DNA of 64,000 nucleotides from Escherichia coli (GTDB lineage Bacteria; Pseudomonadota; Gammaproteobacteria; Enterobacterales; Enterobacteriaceae): NCBI RefSeq assembly GCF_030384885.1, contig NZ_CP128613.1; one strand, 5' to 3'. Shown piece by piece: positions 47,155 to 57,471 of this stretch (position 1 is its first letter; each line of letters starts with the position of its first letter). The notes under the pieces were generated by a model. It saw only the letters and a program-made list of their open reading frames with translations, ran no database searches and was not told where the DNA came from. The position numbers and the translations under genes were made by a program.

Positions 47155-48331
47155 ATTGCAGACCGCGCTCTTTCAGGCGTTCGATACCCTGAATCTGCAA
47201 CGGGTAAAAACATTTAGCGTTCCACCGGTGACGCTTTGCGGTCCGGGCGCGGTGAGCAGTTGCGGACAGCAAGCACAAACGCGTGGGCTGAAACATCTGT
47301 TCGTGATGGCAGACAGCTTTTTGCATCAGGCGGGGATGACCGCTGGGCTGACGCGTAGCCTGGCCGTTAAAGGCATCGCCATGACGCTCTGGCCATGTCC
47401 GGTGGGCGAACCGTGCATCACCGACGTGTGTGCCGCCGTGGCGCAGTTGCGTGAATCAGGCTGTGACGGAGTGATCGCGTTTGGCGGTGGCTCGGTGCTG
47501 GATGCGGCAAAAGCCGTTGCGTTGCTGGTGACGAACCCCGACCGCACGCTGGCAGAAATGTCAGAAACCAGCGTTCTGCAACCGCGTCTGCCGCTGATTG
47601 CCATTCCAACTACCGCCGGAACCGGCTCTGAAACCACCAACGTAACGGTGATTATCGACGCGGTGAGCGGGCGCAAGCAGGTGTTAGCCCATGCCTCGCT
47701 GATGCCGGATGTGGCGATTCTCGACGCCGCGCTGACCGAAGGCGTGCCGTCGCATGTCACGGCGATGACCGGTATCGACGCGTTAACCCATGCCATTGAA
47801 GCGTACAGTGCGCTGAACGCTACACCGTTTACAGACAGCCTGGCGATTGGCGCAATTGCGATGATTGGTAAATCACTGCCGAAAGCAGTGGGTTACGGTC
47901 ATGACCTTGCCGCGCGCGAGAGTATGTTGCTGGCTTCATGCATGGCGGGAATGGCATTTTCCAGTGCCGGACTTGGGTTATGTCACGCGATGGCGCATCA
48001 GCCGGGGGCGGCGCTGCATATTCCGCACGGACTGGCGAACGCCATGCTGCTGCCCACGGTGATGGAGTTTAACCGGATGGTCTGTCGCGAACGGTTTAGT
48101 CAGATTGGTCGGGCGCTGCGAACTAAAAAATCAGACGATCGTGACGCTATTAACGCGGTAAGTGAGCTGATTGCGGAAGTCGGGATTGGTAAACGGCTGG
48201 GCGATGTTGGCGCGACATCTGCGCATTACGGTGCATGGGCGCAGGCCGCGCTGGAAGATATTTGTCTGCGTAGCAACCCGCGTACTGCCAGCCTGGAGCA
48301 GATCGTCGGCCTGTACGCGGCGGCGCAATAA
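47144..48331 (+). CDS. eutG: Iron-containing alcohol dehydrogenase EutG
   Basis: 395-aa Fe-ADH family ORF. Confidence 0.9.
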   Translation: MQNELQTALFQAFDTLNLQRVKTFSVPPVTLCGPGAVSSCGQQAQTRGLKHLFVMADSFLHQAGMTAGLTRSLAVKGIAMTLWPCPVGEPCITDVCAAVAQLRESGCDGVIAFGGGSVLDAAKAVALLVTNPDRTLAEMSETSVLQPRLPLIAIPTTAGTGSETTNVTVIIDAVSGRKQVLAHASLMPDVAILDAALTEGVPSHVTAMTGIDALTHAIEAYSALNATPFTDSLAIGAIAMIGKSLPKAVGYGHDLAARESMLLASCMAGMAFSSAGLGLCHAMAHQPGAALHIPHGLANAMLLPTVMEFNRMVCRERFSQIGRALRTKKSDDRDAINAVSELIAEVGIGKRLGDVGATSAHYGAWAQAALEDICLRSNPRTASLEQIVGLYAAAQ

Positions 48332-48333
48332 AT

Positions 48334-48516
<183 letters not shown>

Positions 48517-48547
48517 AATAAATAACAACTAACAGGGAGTAAAGGCG

Positions 48548-49774
48548 ATGGGAATTAACGAAATCATCATGTACATCATGATGTTCTTTATGCTGATAGC
48601 TGCCGTAGACAGGATCCTGTCGCAGTTCGGCGGTTCTGCTCGTTTCCTCGGTAAGTTCGGTAAAAGTATCGAAGGATCAGGCGGTCAGTTCGAAGAAGGC
48701 TTTATGGCAATGGGCGCTCTGGGTCTGGCGATGGTCGGTATGACCGCGCTGGCACCGGTACTGGCCCACGTACTTGGGCCGGTGATTATCCCGGTTTACG
48801 AAATGCTCGGCGCAAACCCGTCAATGTTCGCCGGAACGCTGCTGGCGTGCGATATGGGCGGCTTCTTCCTCGCCAAAGAGCTGGCGGGCGGCGACGTAGC
48901 AGCGTGGCTATACTCTGGGTTAATTCTCGGGTCGATGATGGGGCCAACGATTGTGTTTTCCATTCCGGTGGCGCTCGGCATTATCGAACCTTCTGACCGT
49001 CGTTATCTGGCGCTCGGCGTGCTGGCGGGCATTGTTACCATTCCGATTGGCTGTATTGCTGGTAGTCTGGTGGCTATGTACTCCGGTGTGCAGATCAACG
49101 GTCAGCCGGTGGAATTCACCTTTGCCCTGATCCTGATGAACATGATCCCGGTACTTATCGTCGCGGTACTGGTGGCGCTGGGGCTGAAATTCATCCCGGA
49201 AAAAATGATCAACGGCTTCCAGATCTTCGCCAAGTTCCTCGTTGCATTGATCACCCTCGGTCTTGCCGCTGCGGTAGTGAAATTCCTCCTTGGCTGGGAA
49301 CTGATCCCCGGTCTGGATCCGATCTTTATGGCCCCTGGCGATAAACCCGGTGAAGTGATGCGCGCCATTGAAGTTATCGGTTCTATCTCCTGCGTTCTGT
49401 TAGGGGCGTATCCGATGGTGCTGCTGCTGACCCGCTAGTTTGAAAAACCGCTGATGAGCGTCGGTAAGGTGCTGAATATGAACAATATCGCGGCAGCTGG
49501 CATGGTGGCAACGCTTGCTAACAACATCCCGATGTTCGGCATGATGAAGCAGATGGATACCCGCGGCAAAGTGATCAACTGTGCCTTCGCCGTTTCCGCT
49601 GCTTTCGCCCTGGGTGACCACTTAGGCTTCGCCGCTGCCAACATGAACGCCATGATCTTCCCGATGATTGTCGGCAAGTTGATCGGCGGCGTAACGGCGA
49701 TTGGCGTGGCGATGATGCTGGTGCCAAAAGAAGACGCGACCGCGGCTAAAACCGAAGCGGAGGCACAATCGTGA
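48548..49774 (+). pseudogene. eutH: Ethanolamine permease EutH interrupted by an in-frame TAG at 49436..49438
   Basis: ORF-track pieces 48548..49438 and 49454..49774 are in the same frame; reading through gives ...MVLLLTR*FEKPLMSVGKV..., one continuous EutH-like membrane protein (~408 codons). Confidence 0.7.
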
Positions 49775-51174
49775 ACACTCGCCAGCTACTGAGCGTCGGT
49801 ATCGATATCGGCACTACCACCACCCAGGTGATCTTCTCCCACCTGGAGCTGGTTAACCGTGCGGCGGTGTCGCAGGTGCCGCGCTACGAATTCATCAAAC
49901 GCGAAATTAGCTGGCAAAGCCCGGTGTTCTTTACCCCTGTCGATAAACAGGGCGGTTTAAAAGAAGCGGAACTGAAATCCTTAATCCTCGAGCAATATCA
50001 GGCTGCGGGCATTGCGCCGGAAAGCGTTGATTCTGGTGCCATCATCATCACCGGTGAAAGCGCGAAAACCCGTAATGCTCGCCCAGCGGTGATGACGCTT
50101 TCTCAGTCGCTGGGCGATTTTGTCGTCGCCAGCGCCGGGCCGCATCTCGAATCCGTGATCGCCGGTCACGGTGCCGGGGCGCAAACCCTTTCTGAACAAC
50201 GGTTATGTCGGGTACTGAATATCGATATCGGCGGTGGCACCGCGAACTACGCTTTGTTCGATGCCGGAAAAATCAGCGGCACTGCCTGCCTTAACGTCGG
50301 CGGTCGCCTGCTGGAAACCGACAGCCAGGGGCGCGTGGTTTACGCTCATAAACCGGGGCAGATGATAGTGGATGAGTGCTTCGGTGCAGGCACTGACGCC
50401 CGTTCGCTGACCGGCGCGCAGCTGGTGCAGGTTACCCGCCGGATGGCAGAGCTGATTGTCGAAGTGATTGACGGAACGCTCTCGCCGCTCGCGCAGGCAT
50501 TAATGCAAACCGGTTTGCTGCCCGCAGGTGTTACTCCCGAAATCATTACGCTTTCTGGCGGCGTGGGCGAATGTTATCGCCACCAGCCCGCCGACCCGTT
50601 CTGTTTTGCCGATATCGGCCCGCTTCTGGCAACGGCGCTGCATGACCATCCGCGCCTGCGTGAGATGAACGTGCAGTTTCCGGCGCAAACCGTACGCGCC
50701 ACGGTGATTGGCGCGGGTGCACATACCCTTTCGCTCTCTGGCAGCACAATCTGGCTGGAGGGCGTACAACTGCCGCTGCGCAATTTGCCGGTGGCGATCC
50801 CAATTGATGAAACGGATCTGGTGAGTGCCTGGCAACAGGCGCTGATTCAGCTGGATCTTTGCCCCAAAACTGACGCGTACGTGCTGGCGCTTCCCGCCTC
50901 GCTGCCTGTGCGTTACGCCGCGGTACTGACGGTCATCAACGCGCTGGTCGATTTCGTCACGCGTTTTCCGAATCCGCATCCCCTGCTGGTGGTGGCCGGG
51001 CAGGACTTTGGTAAAGCTCTGGGCATGTTGTTGCGCCCACAGCTACAACAACTCCCGTTGGCAGTCATTGACGAAGTGATTGTCCGCGCGGGGGACTATA
51101 TCGACATTGGTACGCCTCTTTTTGGCGGATCGGTTGTGCCGGTGACGGTGAAATCACTCGCATTTCCTTCCTGA
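49771..51174 (+). CDS. eutA: Ethanolamine ammonia-lyase reactivase EutA
   Basis: 467 aa; ATGA-type overlap with eutH stop. Confidence 0.9.
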   Translation: MNTRQLLSVGIDIGTTTTQVIFSHLELVNRAAVSQVPRYEFIKREISWQSPVFFTPVDKQGGLKEAELKSLILEQYQAAGIAPESVDSGAIIITGESAKTRNARPAVMTLSQSLGDFVVASAGPHLESVIAGHGAGAQTLSEQRLCRVLNIDIGGGTANYALFDAGKISGTACLNVGGRLLETDSQGRVVYAHKPGQMIVDECFGAGTDARSLTGAQLVQVTRRMAELIVEVIDGTLSPLAQALMQTGLLPAGVTPEIITLSGGVGECYRHQPADPFCFADIGPLLATALHDHPRLREMNVQFPAQTVRATVIGAGAHTLSLSGSTIWLEGVQLPLRNLPVAIPIDETDLVSAWQQALIQLDLCPKTDAYVLALPASLPVRYAAVLTVINALVDFVTRFPNPHPLLVVAGQDFGKALGMLLRPQLQQLPLAVIDEVIVRAGDYIDIGTPLFGGSVVPVTVKSLAFPS

Positions 51175-51185
51175 GGGAACGACTT

Positions 51186-52547
51186 ATGAAACTAAAGACC
51201 ACATTGTTCGGCAATGTATATCAGTTTAAGGATGTAAAAGAGGTGCTGGCTAAAGCCAACGAACTGCGTTCGGGGGATGTGCTGGCGGGCGTTGCAGCGG
51301 CAAGCTCACAGGAGCGCGTGGCGGCAAAGCAGGTGTTGTCGGAAATGACCGTAGCGGACATCCGCAATAATCCGGTGATTGCCTATGAAGATGACTGCGT
51401 GACGCGGCTGATTCAGGACGACGTTAACGAAACGGCCTACAACCAGATTAAAAACTGGAGCATCAGCGAGCTGCGTGAGTATGTGCTGAGTGATGAAACC
51501 AGCGTTGACGACATTGCTTTTACCCGCAAAGGGCTGACCTCGGAAGTGGTCGCGGCGGTAGCGAAGATTTGCTCTAACGCGGATCTGATCTACGGCGCGA
51601 AGAAAATGCCGATTATCAAAAAGGCCAATACTACCATCGGTATTCCGGGCACCTTTAGCGCCCGTTTGCAGCCAAACGATACCCGCGACGACGTGCAAAG
51701 TATCGCCGCGCAAATCTACGAAGGGCTTTCTTTCGGGGTGGGCGATGCGGTGATCGGCGTTAACCCGGTGACTGACGACGTGGAAAACTTAAGCCGCGTG
51801 CTGGATACCATCTATGGCGTGATCGACAAATTCAACATTCCGACCCAGGGCTGCGTGCTGGCGCACGTTACTACCCAGATTGAAGCGATCCGTCGCGGCG
51901 CGCCGGGCGGGCTGATTTTCCAGAGCATCTGCGGCAGCGAAAAAGGGCTGAAAGAATTTGGCGTGGAGCTGGCGATGCTCGATGAAGCACGCGCAGTGGG
52001 CGCAGAGTTTAACCGTATCGCCGGGGAAAACTGCCTCTACTTCGAAACCGGGCAGGGTTCTGCGCTATCGGCGGGCGCTAACTTCGGTGCAGATCAGGTA
52101 ACGATGGAAGCGCGTAACTACGGGCTGGCACGTCATTACGATCCGTTTATCGTCAACACCGTAGTGGGCTTTATTGGGTCAGAGTATCTCTACAACGACC
52201 GGCAGATTATCCGTGCGGGCTTAGAAGATCACTTTATGGGCAAACTGAGCGGCATTTCTATGGGCTGTGACTGCTGCTACACCAACCACGCTGACGCTGA
52301 CCAGAACCTCAACGAAAACCTGATGATCTTGCTCGCCACCGCAGGCTGTAACTACATCATGGGGATGCCGCTGGGTGATGACATCATGCTCAACTACCAG
52401 ACTACGGCCTTCCACGACACCGCCACTGTGCGTCAGTTACTCAACCTGCGCCCGTCACCGGAGTTTGAACGCTGGCTGGAAAGCATGGGCATTATGGCAA
52501 ACGGTCGCCTGACCAAACGGGCGGGCGATCCGTCACTGTTCTTCTGA
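51186..52547 (+). CDS. eutB: Ethanolamine ammonia-lyase large subunit EutB
   Basis: 453 aa; starts 11 bp after eutA stop. Confidence 0.9.
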   Translation: MKLKTTLFGNVYQFKDVKEVLAKANELRSGDVLAGVAAASSQERVAAKQVLSEMTVADIRNNPVIAYEDDCVTRLIQDDVNETAYNQIKNWSISELREYVLSDETSVDDIAFTRKGLTSEVVAAVAKICSNADLIYGAKKMPIIKKANTTIGIPGTFSARLQPNDTRDDVQSIAAQIYEGLSFGVGDAVIGVNPVTDDVENLSRVLDTIYGVIDKFNIPTQGCVLAHVTTQIEAIRRGAPGGLIFQSICGSEKGLKEFGVELAMLDEARAVGAEFNRIAGENCLYFETGQGSALSAGANFGADQVTMEARNYGLARHYDPFIVNTVVGFIGSEYLYNDRQIIRAGLEDHFMGKLSGISMGCDCCYTNHADADQNLNENLMILLATAGCNYIMGMPLGDDIMLNYQTTAFHDTATVRQLLNLRPSPEFERWLESMGIMANGRLTKRAGDPSLFF

Positions 52548-52567
52548 TGACGCGGAGATAACACATC

Positions 52568-53455
52568 ATGGATCAAAAACAGATTGAAGAAATTGTACGC
52601 AGCGTGATGGCGTCAATGGGACAAGCGGCCCCCGCGCCGTCAGAAGCAAAATGCGCCACTACCACCTGTGCAGCACCGGTGACCTCGGAAAGCTGCGCGC
52701 TGGATTTAGGTTCCGCAGAAGCAAAAGCGTGGATTGGCGTTGAAAACCCGCATCGCGCAGACGTATTAACAGAACTGCGCCGCAGCACCGTGGCCCGCGT
52801 CTGTACCGGTCGTGCCGGTCCGCGTCCGCGTACCCAGGCGTTGCTGCGTTTCCTGGCCGATCACTCTCGTTCGAAAGATACCGTACTGAAAGAAGTGCCG
52901 GAAGAGTGGGTGAAAGCGCAGGGCTTGCTGGAAGTCCGCTCTGAAATTAGCGACAAAAATCTCTATCTGACTCGCCCGGATATGGGCCGCCGCTTGTGTG
53001 CAGAGGCTGTTGAAGCGCTGAAAGCGCAGTGTGTTGCCAATCCGGACGTACAGGTGGTTATTTCCGATGGTCTGTCTACTGATGCGATCACCGTGAACTA
53101 TGAAGAGATTCTGCCACCGCTGATGGCGGGCCTGAAACAGGCCGGGTTGAAAGTCGGCACACCGTTCTTTGTGCGTTACGGTCGCGTGAAGATTGAAGAT
53201 CAGATTGGCGAACTTCTTGGCGCGAAAGTGGTGATCCTGCTGGTGGGTGAACGTCCGGGGTTGGGGCAGTCAGAAAGTCTCTCCTGCTACGCCGTTTACT
53301 CGCCGCGTATGGCAACCACCGTTGAGGCCGACCGTACCTGTATCTCTAACATTCACCAGGGCGGCACGCCGCCGGTTGAAGCCGCAGCCGTCATTGTGGA
53401 TTTGGCGAAACGTATGCTGGAGCAGAAAGCATCCGGCATCAACATGACCCGATAA
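52568..53455 (+). CDS. eutC: Ethanolamine ammonia-lyase small subunit EutC
   Basis: 295 aa. Confidence 0.9.
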   Translation: MDQKQIEEIVRSVMASMGQAAPAPSEAKCATTTCAAPVTSESCALDLGSAEAKAWIGVENPHRADVLTELRRSTVARVCTGRAGPRPRTQALLRFLADHSRSKDTVLKEVPEEWVKAQGLLEVRSEISDKNLYLTRPDMGRRLCAEAVEALKAQCVANPDVQVVISDGLSTDAITVNYEEILPPLMAGLKQAGLKVGTPFFVRYGRVKIEDQIGELLGAKVVILLVGERPGLGQSESLSCYAVYSPRMATTVEADRTCISNIHQGGTPPVEAAAVIVDLAKRMLEQKASGINMTR

Positions 53456-53464
53456 GGAGGCATC

Positions 53465-54124
53465 ATGCCAGCTTTAGATTTGATTCGACCGTCGGTAACC
53501 GCCATGCGGGTGATTGCCTCTGTTAACGCCGAATTTGCGCGTGAACTGAAATTGCCGCCGCATATTCGTAGCCTCGGGCTGATTTCTGCTGATTCCGATG
53601 ACGTCACCTACATTGCGGCTGACGAAGCGACCAAGCAGGCGATGGTTGAAGTCGTGTATGGTCGCTCGCTGTATGCGGGAGCTGCACACGGGCCGTCACC
53701 GACTGCCGGTGAAGTGCTGATTATGCTCGGGGGGCCAAACCCGGCGGAAGTGCGTGCCGGTCTGGATGCGATGGTTGCGCATATTGAAAATGGCGCTGCT
53801 TTCCAGTGGGCTAATGATGCAGAAAACACAGCCTTCCTGGCGCATGTCGTTTCGCGTACCGGCTCTTATCTCTCATCAACCGCCGGGATCACGCTTGGCG
53901 ATCCGATGGCGTATCTGGTGGCACCGCCGCTGGAAGCGACCTACGGCATTGATGCAGCCCTGAAATCTGCCGACGTGCAGCTGGTGACCTATGTCCCGCC
54001 ACCGTCTGAAACCAACTACTCGGCAGCATTTTTAACCGGTAGCCAGGCCGCGTGTAAAGCAGCCTGTAACGCCTTTACCGATGCAGTGCTGGAAATCGCG
54101 CGTAATCCAATCCAGCGTGCGTAA
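53465..54124 (+). CDS. eutL: BMC shell protein EutL
   Basis: 219 aa tandem-BMC-domain protein. Confidence 0.85.
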   Translation: MPALDLIRPSVTAMRVIASVNAEFARELKLPPHIRSLGLISADSDDVTYIAADEATKQAMVEVVYGRSLYAGAAHGPSPTAGEVLIMLGGPNPAEVRAGLDAMVAHIENGAAFQWANDAENTAFLAHVVSRTGSYLSSTAGITLGDPMAYLVAPPLEATYGIDAALKSADVQLVTYVPPPSETNYSAAFLTGSQAACKAACNAFTDAVLEIARNPIQRA

Positions 54125-54136
54125 CGGAGGTTGCCG

Positions 54137-54637
54137 ATGATCAATGCACTGGGATTGCTGGAAGTGGACGGCATGGTCGCCGCGATAGATGCAGCTGATG
54201 CCATGCTCAAAGCAGCTAACGTTCGTCTGCTCAGTCACGAAGTGCTTGACCCTGGTCGCCTAACGCTAGTGGTGGAAGGCGATCTGGCGGCGTGTCGTGC
54301 GGCGCTGGACGCAGGTTGTGCTGCCGCGATGCGTACCGGGCGTGTCATCAGCCGTAAGGAGATCGGTCGGCCAGACGATGACACCCAGTGGCTGGTTACT
54401 GGCTTTAACCGCCAGCCGAAGCAACCCGTAAAGGAACCCGACGCGCCAGTTATCGTCGGGGAATCTGCTGACGAGTTGTTGGCGCTGTTAACATCAGTAC
54501 GTCAGGGAATGACGGCAGGAGAAGTGGCTGCCCACTTTGGCTGGCCGCTGGAAAAAGCCAGAAATGCGCTCGAACAGCTCTTTTCTGCCGGGACGTTACG
54601 TAAACGCAGTAGTCGTTATCGTCTCAAGCCCCATTAA
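54137..54637 (+). CDS. eutK: BMC shell protein EutK
   Basis: MINALGLLEVDGMVAAIDAADAMLKAANV BMC domain plus C-terminal extension; 166 aa. Confidence 0.85.
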   Translation: MINALGLLEVDGMVAAIDAADAMLKAANVRLLSHEVLDPGRLTLVVEGDLAACRAALDAGCAAAMRTGRVISRKEIGRPDDDTQWLVTGFNRQPKQPVKEPDAPVIVGESADELLALLTSVRQGMTAGEVAAHFGWPLEKARNALEQLFSAGTLRKRSSRYRLKPH

Positions 54638-54682
54638 CCTGTCGGAGGTGCCGGGTGTCCTACAACACCCGGCATTAACATC

Positions 54683-55735
54683 ATGAAAAAGACCCGTACA
54701 GCCAATTTGCACCATCTTTATCATGAACCCTTACCCGAAAACCTGAAGCTCACGCCGAAGGTCGAAGTGGATAATGTTCATCAACGACAGACAACGGATG
54801 TCTATGAACATGCTTTGACGATTACCGCCTGGCAGCAGATTTACGATCAGCTGCATCCGGGCAAATTTCATGGTGAATTTACGGAAATTCTGCTCGATGA
54901 TATTCAGGTTTTCCGTGAATACACGGGGCTGGCGCTGCGTCAGTCGTGCCTGGTCTGGCCGAACTCGTTCTGGTTTGGCATTCCGGCGACGCGCGGTGAG
55001 CAGGGATTTATCGGTTCGCAATGTCTGGGAAGCGCAGAAATTGCGACACGCCCTGGAGGAACCGAGTTTGAATTAAGTACGCCGGACGATTACACGATCC
55101 TTGGCGTGGTGCTTTCTGAAGATGTCATCACCCGTCAGGCTAACTTTTTGCATAACCCGGAAAGGGTGCTGCATATGTTACGTAACCAGTCGGCGCTGGA
55201 AGTGAAAGAGCAGCATAAAGCCGCGCTGTGGGGCTTTGTCCAACAGGCTCTGGCGACATTTTGCGAGAACCCGGAAAATCTCCATCAGCCTGCAGTGCGA
55301 AAAGTGCTGGGGGATAATTTGCTAATGGCGATGGGGGCGATGCTGGAAGAAGCGCAGCCAATGATGACGGCGGAAAGTATAAGTCATCAGAGTTACCGCC
55401 GATTGCTTTCCCGGGCCCGTGAATATGTGCTGGAAAACATGTCCGAACCAGTGACGGTACTGGACTTGTGTAATCAACTGCACGTCAGCCGCCGCACCTT
55501 GCAAAACGCATTTCACGCTATTTTGGGCATTGGCCCAAACGCGTGGCTGAAACGCATTCGCCTGAACGCCGTGCGCCGTGAACTGATTAGCCCGTGGTCG
55601 CAAAGTATGACGGTAAAAGACGCCGCCATGCAGTGGGGATTCTGGCATCTTGGGCAGTTTGCCACGGATTATCAGCAATTGTTTGCAGAAAAGCCTTCAC
55701 TGACGCTGCATCAGCGGATGCAGGAACTGGAGTGA
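54683..55735 (+). CDS. eutR: AraC-family transcriptional activator EutR
   Basis: 350 aa with C-terminal AraC-type HTH region. Confidence 0.9.
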   Translation: MKKTRTANLHHLYHEPLPENLKLTPKVEVDNVHQRQTTDVYEHALTITAWQQIYDQLHPGKFHGEFTEILLDDIQVFREYTGLALRQSCLVWPNSFWFGIPATRGEQGFIGSQCLGSAEIATRPGGTEFELSTPDDYTILGVVLSEDVITRQANFLHNPERVLHMLRNQSALEVKEQHKAALWGFVQQALATFCENPENLHQPAVRKVLGDNLLMAMGAMLEEAQPMMTAESISHQSYRRLLSRAREYVLENMSEPVTVLDLCNQLHVSRRTLQNAFHAILGIGPNAWLKRIRLNAVRRELISPWSQSMTVKDAAMQWGFWHLGQFATDYQQLFAEKPSLTLHQRMQELE

Positions 55736-55842
55736 AAACGACTGGTATCGCTTTTCGCCATATTTGTGTAACGAGAAAAGCCATGCAAATACTATAATTC
55801 GTATTTCTCTCAAAGAGAGTGAAGATAATCAGGAGGTCCAGG

Positions 55843-56640
55843 ATGGACATTCGACTATTAGCAACGCTATGGTTATGGAATATCTCCCCTCGATTAGTCG
55901 TTATCGTCACGACCATTGCCTTCTCTTCCTGCTCGTGGGCTCGACTCACTCCCTGTAACAGTAAATCCGATATTGTTTGCCTGCAGTTGCGTGCGCAGCA
56001 AGGTAAATCATCGGATCAATACGATCTTGCATGGATATATCTAAAAGGGGATGGTGTAACGCCTAAAGATGATAAAAAAGCGCTGTACTGGTTTCGTAAA
56101 GCTGCAGAGAATGGTATGGCGGGAGCGCAGTATCGTCTTGGACGCCGTTATTATTCAGGTGATGGGGTGACATAAAATTATAAAGAAGCTTTTAACTGGT
56201 TTATGAAAGCTTCCGGGCGGGAAAATTCCTGGGGAATAGCCGCCGCACGCTACATGGTTGGGGTAATGTATTATCGTGGGCAGGGGGTTGAAAAGAATTA
56301 TACTCATTCTTTTTCCTGGTTTATGAAGTCGCTGAACGGGGCAGGTCGAGAGAAAGCAAGTAGGGCTTGCTACTTTATCGGTTCACAATATCTCAGTGGT
56401 CATGGCGTTACGCAAAACAACGACCTTGCCGTTGCCTGGTTTTATCTTGCAGCAAAATTAGGTTTGCCAGAGGCAATAGAGTATATATCGGGAATAGAAA
56501 AGCAATTCTCAGCGGAAATGCTCAAGCCCGCAAGAATCGAAGCGAACAGAATTAATGCCAAACATTATCTTGTACAGATACCTTTCCCGGAGTTATTGGC
56601 AGAGTCTGCGGCGGAAGTTGTAGTGAAGGGGGCAAAATGA
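55843..56640 (+). pseudogene. Sel1-repeat (TPR-like) protein with N-terminal signal/lipoprotein-like segment, interrupted by an in-frame TAA at 56173..56175
   Basis: ATG at 55843 with AGGAGG 6 nt upstream. Four Sel1-type repeats (e.g. GDGVTPKDDKKALYWFRKAAENG; GQGVEKNYTHSFSWFMKS). The TAA falls where a repeat normally continues (GDGVT*NYKEAFNWFMKAS) and the downstream ORF 56203..56640 is in the same frame. Confidence 0.6.
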
Positions 56641-57437
56641 AAAAAAGCGTATTGGCGTTCTCAATGCTATTTTTTAGCTATGCTGTCTACGGGGGTAATA
56701 GTATAGTGCCTCCGGCGAAGTATATGTCTTCGGATGCACTACCTCTCCAGATTGTCTACCGTTTTGACGATCACCGTTATATCATTTTAACAGGTGAAAA
56801 GCGGCATTACGACGGTGTTGATTATTGTTCAGGTCAATACTGGTATACTGATACACAAAAAAATATATTTTCCCGTGTTGGCGATACGCGTCACAACAAA
56901 TGGGTTCCGGAATCCATTGGTTCACGTTCTGCAATCACTCCCTCATATGACAGTCCACTTCCTGAAAATATAAAGTTTATTCATGATTCTGAAAAGTATA
57001 TTTTTGTACCTCTGGGGGGCGATCCACATAAAAAAGATAAAAATGGACAACTGATTTATGAATACCATGAAGTGCAAATGTCATCCGATTATGGCGCGAC
57101 CTGGAAAGATATCAACTTATCGGTTGAACCCGCGACCAGTGATACGCGATTGATTTTTCATGAGGGCCAGCTATTTATTGATGATAAGGATGGGTTTTAT
57201 CTCAGTCAAATCCCGATGCATAGTTTTTTTATGTATTATTATGATTATCACAGTCAGAATAATGATGTTAATCTGCCCAAAAATGTACCAGTCATTAAAA
57301 ACTATCGCGGTTGGGATCACATGCAGTGTTCAGAAAATGCAGAATTATCTGTAGAAGAGGCGGAACGTTTTCAACAAGATCGCCAAAGAAGTTGGGATTC
57401 CTGGGGCCGAAAAGGTGATGAAAAAAACTATAAGTAA
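56637..57437 (+). CDS. Hypothetical secreted protein (signal peptide; Asp-box/BNR-like SxDxGxTW motif)
   Basis: 266 aa; MKKSVLAFSMLFFSYAVYG signal peptide; SSDYGATW motif; ATGA overlap with upstream Sel1 gene suggests translational coupling; AT-rich composition. Confidence 0.6.
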   Translation: MKKSVLAFSMLFFSYAVYGGNSIVPPAKYMSSDALPLQIVYRFDDHRYIILTGEKRHYDGVDYCSGQYWYTDTQKNIFSRVGDTRHNKWVPESIGSRSAITPSYDSPLPENIKFIHDSEKYIFVPLGGDPHKKDKNGQLIYEYHEVQMSSDYGATWKDINLSVEPATSDTRLIFHEGQLFIDDKDGFYLSQIPMHSFFMYYYDYHSQNNDVNLPKNVPVIKNYRGWDHMQCSENAELSVEEAERFQQDRQRSWDSWGRKGDEKNYK

Positions 57438-57471
57438 TGTCAGTAATGCATCAGCTTAGTCTGGATTGAAC

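Noticed and set aside
49436-49438. TAG in eutH as programmed recoding (pyrrolysine or selenocysteine)
   Set aside because: Selenocysteine uses TGA with a SECIS element, and pyrrolysine machinery is not known in Enterobacteria; a nonsense mutation or sequencing error is far more parsimonious.
49771-52547. Searched for the CPZ-55 prophage (integrase, phage genes) expected in K-12 between eutA and eutB
   Set aside because: Not present; eutA and eutB are 11 bp apart. No integrase, transposase or IS element was recognised anywhere in the window.
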